Assembly (NCBI GenBank): GCA_037200965.1
Contig: JBBCGK010000001.1
Location: forward strand, 480,001-544,000
Reading direction: 5' to 3'
Length of the DNA: 64,000 nt
DNA from: a bacterium
GTDB lineage: Bacteria; Patescibacteriota; Minisyncoccia; Phycocordibacterales; Phycocordibacteraceae
Shown here: positions 60,046 to 64,000 of the stretch, in pieces
Position numbering within the stretch: position 1 is the first letter of the stretch
How the letters are laid out: each line of letters opens with the position of its first letter
Translations under genes and position numbers: made by a program
The notes under the pieces: model-generated
What the model was told of the DNA's origin: nothing
The model's database searches: none
What the model saw: the letters and a program-made list of their open reading frames with translations, nothing else

Positions 60046-60843
60046 CTATCTTTTAAGCAGTTGCTTCGCGTGTTTGACTACAGCTTCTTTCCACGCGCGC
60101 TCATCGGTGGTATCGATTTCAGCAAAGACCGGAAATGACAGCTTCCTTCGGGTCCAAGTCCCGCCTCCCTCGTTTTTCCACGCGTAGTGGAGCGGCGTAC
60201 GCCGCCACATCTCGCGTATTTTCACTATCGCTCCTTTCGGCCGGTCGCTTCCCTTCCAGGAAGAGGAAGCGCCTCCGAAAAAGTCGTTCGGACTGCCGCT
60301 ATGCTGCGCAAGAATCATGCGGCCAAGCATCGTATCGATGTCTGCATACGTACGAACAAATACAAGGCGCGCGTCAACATCTTTTGCGTTCTTAATAAAG
60401 TTCGCGCGCTTCTCCATATCCAAAAAGTCGGAGTCGAGTATCGCATTCCCTCCCCGGCCCACGACTTCGAGCGCCGCGTTTTCGCCGATTACGCGCACGC
60501 GCCGGTACGATTCCTTTTGCTTGCGGAGCGCCACGCGTATCGCGTCGGCTTCGACGACGGTGCCGCCGATATGCCGCGCGAATTCGCGGGCGACCGAACT
60601 CTTGCCCGAGCCGACAAGGCCGACAAGCGCCACCATGACTGGCTTTTTCGTTTTACGTTTGGAAATCCGAAGCGACGAGATAAACGTGTCCTGCACCCCG
60701 CGTTCCTTTTTACCCAGGATTTCTTTTTGTTGTTTCATAAAGATAAGTATAGGGGATGGTGGGGCGTGGATTAACCGTTGACTTCCCCGCAGTGGCTGAT
60801 ACAGTGCCTCCCCATGGCCCCAAACGTACGGGCCTGTGTACAT
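60046..60843 (-). CDS. P-loop NTPase / predicted kinase (AAA_33 / zeta-toxin-like fold)
   Basis: Walker A VALVGLVGSGKSSVA; the true start is probably an internal Met. Confidence 0.45.
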   Translation of the reverse strand: MYTGPYVWGHGEALYQPLRGSQRLIHAPPSPILIFMKQQKEILGKKERGVQDTFISSLRISKRKTKKPVMVALVGLVGSGKSSVAREFARHIGGTVVEADAIRVALRKQKESYRRVRVIGENAALEVVGRGGNAILDSDFLDMEKRANFIKNAKDVDARLVFVRTYADIDTMLGRMILAQHSGSPNDFFGGASSSWKGSDRPKGAIVKIREMWRRTPLHYAWKNEGGGTWTRRKLSFPVFAEIDTTDERAWKEAVVKHAKQLLKR

Positions 60844-60878
60844 GCTTCATCACCAACCACCAACCTTTGGGGAATTGA

Positions 60879-61421
60879 ATGGTTCAAATCACCACCGTCC
60901 TTAGCAGGAACACCGCCGATCCGCGGATTGTCTGCTGGACTCGCGCATCCACGATCGAACATTTCGCCGCGCTCTTGGTCAATGACCGGAGCGTTCGGGT
61001 CGAACCGATGACTACTGTCAAGAAGGAGATGCTCGAGCTTCCTCTCTTGATCGACTCGGGCAAGGCTGTCAGGACCTTCGAGACAGGTCCGGGAGACATG
61101 CGTTCGTTCGTGCATCTCATCGAAATCCTCGCGCCGTATCGGCCCGAGCTTGTGCGCGACGGCCGCTGGCGCGCAGCCGCGACAAGGGCGGGCGTTCCCC
61201 CGCTCGAACTCGCCGACGCCGCGAAAGCGGCGCTCGAAAGCGTCGCGGACGATCATCTGAAGCTCGTCGCGGTCGCTCTCGGAATCGTCGAGACGGGCGA
61301 GCTGCATGACGCGAAGCTCCGGACCTACACGCTTCACGAATTCTTCGGCGCTCTGTGGAAGGCCGTCGCTGGCGACGGATCAATTGACCAGCACCTGCCG
61401 GCAGTGGCCGCGTCAGGATAA
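60879..61421 (+). CDS. hypothetical protein (180 aa) in a high-GC pocket; an equally long antisense ORF (60771..61337) exists
   Basis: The plus-strand ORF has the more protein-like composition; no motif. Strand choice is uncertain. Confidence 0.3.
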   Translation: MVQITTVLSRNTADPRIVCWTRASTIEHFAALLVNDRSVRVEPMTTVKKEMLELPLLIDSGKAVRTFETGPGDMRSFVHLIEILAPYRPELVRDGRWRAAATRAGVPPLELADAAKAALESVADDHLKLVAVALGIVETGELHDAKLRTYTLHEFFGALWKAVAGDGSIDQHLPAVAASG

Positions 61422-61543
61422 TCGGGTATTGGTGGTTATGGGCTCGGGGGCGCGGCTTCGGTCGCGCCTTTGGCTTTTTATGCAGTTCACATCCGGGCCC
61501 GAGCGGCCGTATGCGGGGCCGGACCGGTGCTATAGTTACGCAT

Positions 61544-62017
61544 ATGGCGCAGAATTTTGCCTTCGAGTGGCAAGGCAAGGAGTACGAATACGACGAGAAG
61601 ACCGCCGACTGGTACTGGGCTCTTGGCATCCTCGCGACCGCGGCGGTGCTCGCCTGCATATTGCTTGGCGATTTTCTCCTTGCCGTCCTCATTATCGCGG
61701 CCGCGATCGCGATCGCGCTCCAGTCCGCAAAGCGCTCCGTGATACACCGCTTCAGGCTCGACGCGGAGGGCCTCTCCATCAACGGCGACCTCTATACGTT
61801 CCACAATATGCAGTCCTTTTCTATTCTTGAATATATCGACGAGACGCTTCCTCCTTCCCTTTCGATCAAGACTTCGAGCCTCCTCACGCCCCACCTCATC
61901 ATCCCGCTCGTCGGCGTCGATCCCGTGAGCGTCTACGAATACCTCAATATCCATGTCGAGCACGTGTACCACCCCGAGACCCTCATGGAACGCGTGGTGG
62001 AATTTTTGCGTCTCTAG
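61544..62017 (+). CDS. hypothetical membrane protein
   Basis: MAQNFAFEWQGKEYEYDEKTADWYWALGILATAAVLACILLG… two TM helices, then a soluble domain. Confidence 0.4.
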   Translation: MAQNFAFEWQGKEYEYDEKTADWYWALGILATAAVLACILLGDFLLAVLIIAAAIAIALQSAKRSVIHRFRLDAEGLSINGDLYTFHNMQSFSILEYIDETLPPSLSIKTSSLLTPHLIIPLVGVDPVSVYEYLNIHVEHVYHPETLMERVVEFLRL

Positions 62018-62048
62018 TGTACAGTCAAGCAGTTAGCGGTGCGGCATT

Positions 62049-62120
62049 GCTCCCGTCGTTCAATGGATAGGACGCAACCTTGCGGAGGTTGTGATGTAGG
62101 TTCGATTCCTACCGGGAGCA
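62049..62120 (+). tRNA. tRNA-Arg (GCG)
   Basis: GCTCCCG acceptor, D-arm GTTCAATGGATAGGAC, anticodon arm CAACC-TTGCGGA-GGTTG, T-arm GTAGGTTCGATTCCTAC. Confidence 0.7.
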
Positions 62121-62213
62121 CACATTCACGTTAACTCCAGCGGGCAAGCGCTTCTTTGATAAGCTTTTGCGTTGTATGGAAGGGGCGCGTATCATCGGTT
62201 TGTTCCGTCTTCC

Positions 62214-62285
62214 GCTCTCGTCGTTCAATGGATAGGACAGCTCCCTCCGAAGGAGCAGATATAGGTTCGATTCCTATCGAGAGCA
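62214..62285 (+). tRNA. tRNA-Arg (CCG), paralogous to the upstream tRNA-Arg
   Basis: GCTCTCG acceptor, anticodon arm GCTCC-CTCCGAA-GGAGC, T-arm ATAGGTTCGATTCCTAT. Confidence 0.75.
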
Positions 62286-62388
62286 CAGCGGTTAGAGACC
62301 AAAACAATGTCCGTGAGGCGCCGCAAACGGTGCGATATCGCGCGGGATGTTTGCACGCAAAAAACGGAACGAGATTCCGGCTTTTGCG

Positions 62389-62631
62389 CTATCCGGCATA
62401 GAAGTGAGTCCGCAAGTCGTCCTCTGAAATGTAGTGCGATGCCTGTCGGAAGATTCCGACCACCGCTCCCGTCTTGAGCTCCTTGTGATCCGGGATGAGG
62501 AGCGCTTGCCGGTGCCCGTTTCGTTCGCGTACAAGCGTTATGTGGCTCCCGCGTTGACGCTCTATCTCGAACCCAAACTGCGCGAGTATCTTGACTACTT
62601 CCTGTCCCGAGAGACGCCTCGGCTTAGGCAT
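62389..62631 (-). CDS. hicA: HicA-family mRNA-interferase toxin
   Basis: …LSGQEVVKILAQFGFEIERQRGSHITL… YcfA/HicA fold; 80 aa. Confidence 0.7.
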   Translation of the reverse strand: MPKPRRLSGQEVVKILAQFGFEIERQRGSHITLVRERNGHRQALLIPDHKELKTGAVVGIFRQASHYISEDDLRTHFYAG

Positions 62632-62851
62632 GCGCGAGCGCCGGAAGCTCGAAATTCACGAGCACCGAAGGAGTAGCGGCAAAGCCGAGCTCGGAAAGGT
62701 CCTCACCCTCCAAGAACAGGCCGACTGCTTCGCGGATATTGGCCATAAGCTCGTCAAGGGTGTCACCTTGAGTAACAATAGGCACGGACACGCCTTCGGC
62801 GACGTAGCCCCCATCGCTCTCGGACACCTGAAATTGCAGGATGTTTTTCAT
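62624..62851 (-). CDS. hicB: HicB-family antitoxin
   Basis: 75-aa ORF overlapping hicA by 8 nt, with the HicB-like motif …YVAEGVSVPIVTQGDTLDEL…. Confidence 0.6.
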   Translation of the reverse strand: MKNILQFQVSESDGGYVAEGVSVPIVTQGDTLDELMANIREAVGLFLEGEDLSELGFAATPSVLVNFELPALAHA

Positions 62852-62996
62852 AGGAGTATTATACCACCCGCCTGATTTTCGAGTGAGATTTGCCCATCTG
62901 TCATAACAAGCCTGTTACGCCAGTGCTCCGGCGGCGAAACTCGCCAAAAGACTTCTGTCACGACAACATTCACGGCCGAGTTGGAGCACAAAAAAC

Positions 62997-63030
62997 ACAA
63001 AGCCTGCATGCGCGGGCCTTTTGTTGTTTG
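62997..63030 (-). terminator. probable rho-independent terminator downstream of rpsT
   Basis: On the minus strand, a GCCCGCGCATGCAGGC hairpin (one wobble) followed by TTTGTGTTTTTT. Confidence 0.4.
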
Positions 63031-63038
63031 TGAAAAAC

Positions 63039-63305
63039 TTACTTCCCTATCCTCCGGATCGCCTTCACGAGACGGCTCTTCTTGCGGGATGCGGCATTGG
63101 CCTTGATGACGCCGCTCTTGGCCGCCTTGTCGATCGCCTCCTGCGCCTTTGCGAGGAGTTTTTCCGCGTCGACTGCCTTGCCCGCGGCGATGAGCTTCTT
63201 CACTTCCTTGGTCGCGTCGCCAAGCGCGCGCTTGCGGCGCACGTTGAACAGATGCCGCTTTTTGGAAACGCGCTGCGCTTTCTTCGCCGATTTGGTGATT
63301 GCCAT
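63039..63305 (-). CDS. rpsT: 30S ribosomal protein S20
   Basis: MAITKSAKKAQRVSKKRHLFNVRRKRALGDATKEVKK…. Confidence 0.85.
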   Translation of the reverse strand: MAITKSAKKAQRVSKKRHLFNVRRKRALGDATKEVKKLIAAGKAVDAEKLLAKAQEAIDKAAKSGVIKANAASRKKSRLVKAIRRIGK

Positions 63306-63360
63306 TGCCCGATACTATGCCACCCGCCTTGTTTTAGCAAGCAAATGGTACGATACGGGC

Positions 63361-63915
63361 ATGATTCGCCAGATACGCGGCACGGTGCTCTCGATCGAGC
63401 AGGAAGGGGTGGTGGTCGAGGTGGGAGGGGGGTTCGGCGTGTTCGTCCGCACCGCTTCGCCCGAAGTTTTCTCGACTGGCGCCGAAGCGGCGCTTTCAAC
63501 CCACCTTGCCGTGAAGCAGGACGGGCTCGAACTCTACGGATTCCCCGATCCGGCCGACCTCGCGTTCTTCGAGCTTCTCCTGCAGGTCTCGGGAGTCGGC
63601 CCGAAAACCGCGCTTTCGATCCTGAAGCGCGCGCCGAGAGAAGCGCTTGAAAACGCGATCGCCAAGCGCGATATTCCGTATCTCACGAGAGTCGTCGGTC
63701 TCGGGAAAAAGGCGGCGGAAAAGCTTGCCGTGGAGCTATCAGAGAAAATGAAAAGGGGGGCGGGCGAAGCGGGGGCGGACGCCGAAGTGTTCGACATGCT
63801 GGTGGCACTCGGCTACACCGAGCGAGAAGCCCGCAAAGCGCTTACGGGAGTCCCCGCGGAAGTGCTCGGTACCGACGCCCGCTTCAAAGCGGCGCTCGCC
63901 TCTAATACCCGCTAG
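63361..63915 (+). CDS. ruvA: Holliday junction DNA helicase RuvA
   Basis: MIRQIRGTVLSIEQEGVVVEVGGGFGVFV… OB domain, then HhH …LLQVSGVGPKTALSIL… and a C-terminal domain. Confidence 0.8.
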   Translation: MIRQIRGTVLSIEQEGVVVEVGGGFGVFVRTASPEVFSTGAEAALSTHLAVKQDGLELYGFPDPADLAFFELLLQVSGVGPKTALSILKRAPREALENAIAKRDIPYLTRVVGLGKKAAEKLAVELSEKMKRGAGEAGADAEVFDMLVALGYTEREARKALTGVPAEVLGTDARFKAALASNTR

Positions 63916-63917
63916 CG

Positions 63918-64000
63918 ATGAAGAATTTTCTCTCCTCGCTTCTCCCCCGCTCCGCGTACCGGGAACTCGTAAAGCCCTACCACTACGCCTTCGCGCTCGG
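63918..64000 (+). CDS. 3'-partial CDS continuing beyond the window
   Basis: ATG at 63918 directly after the ruvA stop; only 27 codons are visible. Confidence 0.3.
   Translation, partial: MKNFLSSLLPRSAYRELVKPYHYAFAL

Noticed and set aside
60771-61337. Minus-strand 188-aa ORF overlapping the plus-strand ORF 60879..61421
   Set aside because: Only one of the two can be real. The plus-strand product has the less biased composition. The minus ORF is kept only as an alternative in the feature note.

Overview
This 64 kb window looks bacterial (roughly 55-62% GC by eye, not computed), with a dense, streamlined housekeeping backbone. The backbone includes metG, glyQS, ileS, argS, glyA, rplK-nusG-secE, rplS, rpsT, ruvA, ruvX, recO, uppS, mscL, a Zur-ZupT pair and ten tRNAs. 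Three IS elements (IS1595, IS481-like, IS30+IS481) and a HicAB toxin-antitoxin pair interrupt it.

The outstanding feature is a cas1-cas2 operon on the minus strand (11737..13085). Its stop codon is followed 32 bp later by the first of four perfectly identical 36-bp direct repeats (GTTGCACAACCTCCTTTTTACGAACGATCCTGCAGG) at 11669, 8730, 7319 and 5735. In position, length and identity these look like a CRISPR array. The intervening 'spacers', however, are 2939, 1411 and 1584 bp long and carry whole or truncated protein-coding genes on the cas strand: a fibre-like S/T/G-rich protein, a PRTase-domain protein plus an unknown partner, a 3'-truncated patatin-like phospholipase, and a 523-aa putative C39-like cysteine-peptidase protein plus a small partner.

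A Tc-toxin/Rhs-type SpvB+FG-GAP gene on the plus strand is cut off exactly at the terminal repeat. No effector cas genes occur anywhere in the window, and I found no conventional short-spacer array.

I interpret this as a candidate undescribed Cas1-Cas2-linked gene-cassette array, in which CRISPR repeats punctuate kb-scale captured DNA. Repeat-mediated recombination, tandem site-specific integrations or an assembly or engineering artefact are alternatives that must be excluded.

Other notable observations are:
- an IleRS with a ~200-aa histidine-phosphatase-like insertion;
- a cytidine-deaminase-like / thymidylate-synthase-fold / HAD / ParB-like nucleotide-metabolism cluster;
- a folB whose middle is only readable in an alternate frame;
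- a MetRS that is short at the C-terminus with a stand-alone tRNA-binding protein elsewhere.

All functional calls come from motif recognition by eye. No database searches were run.
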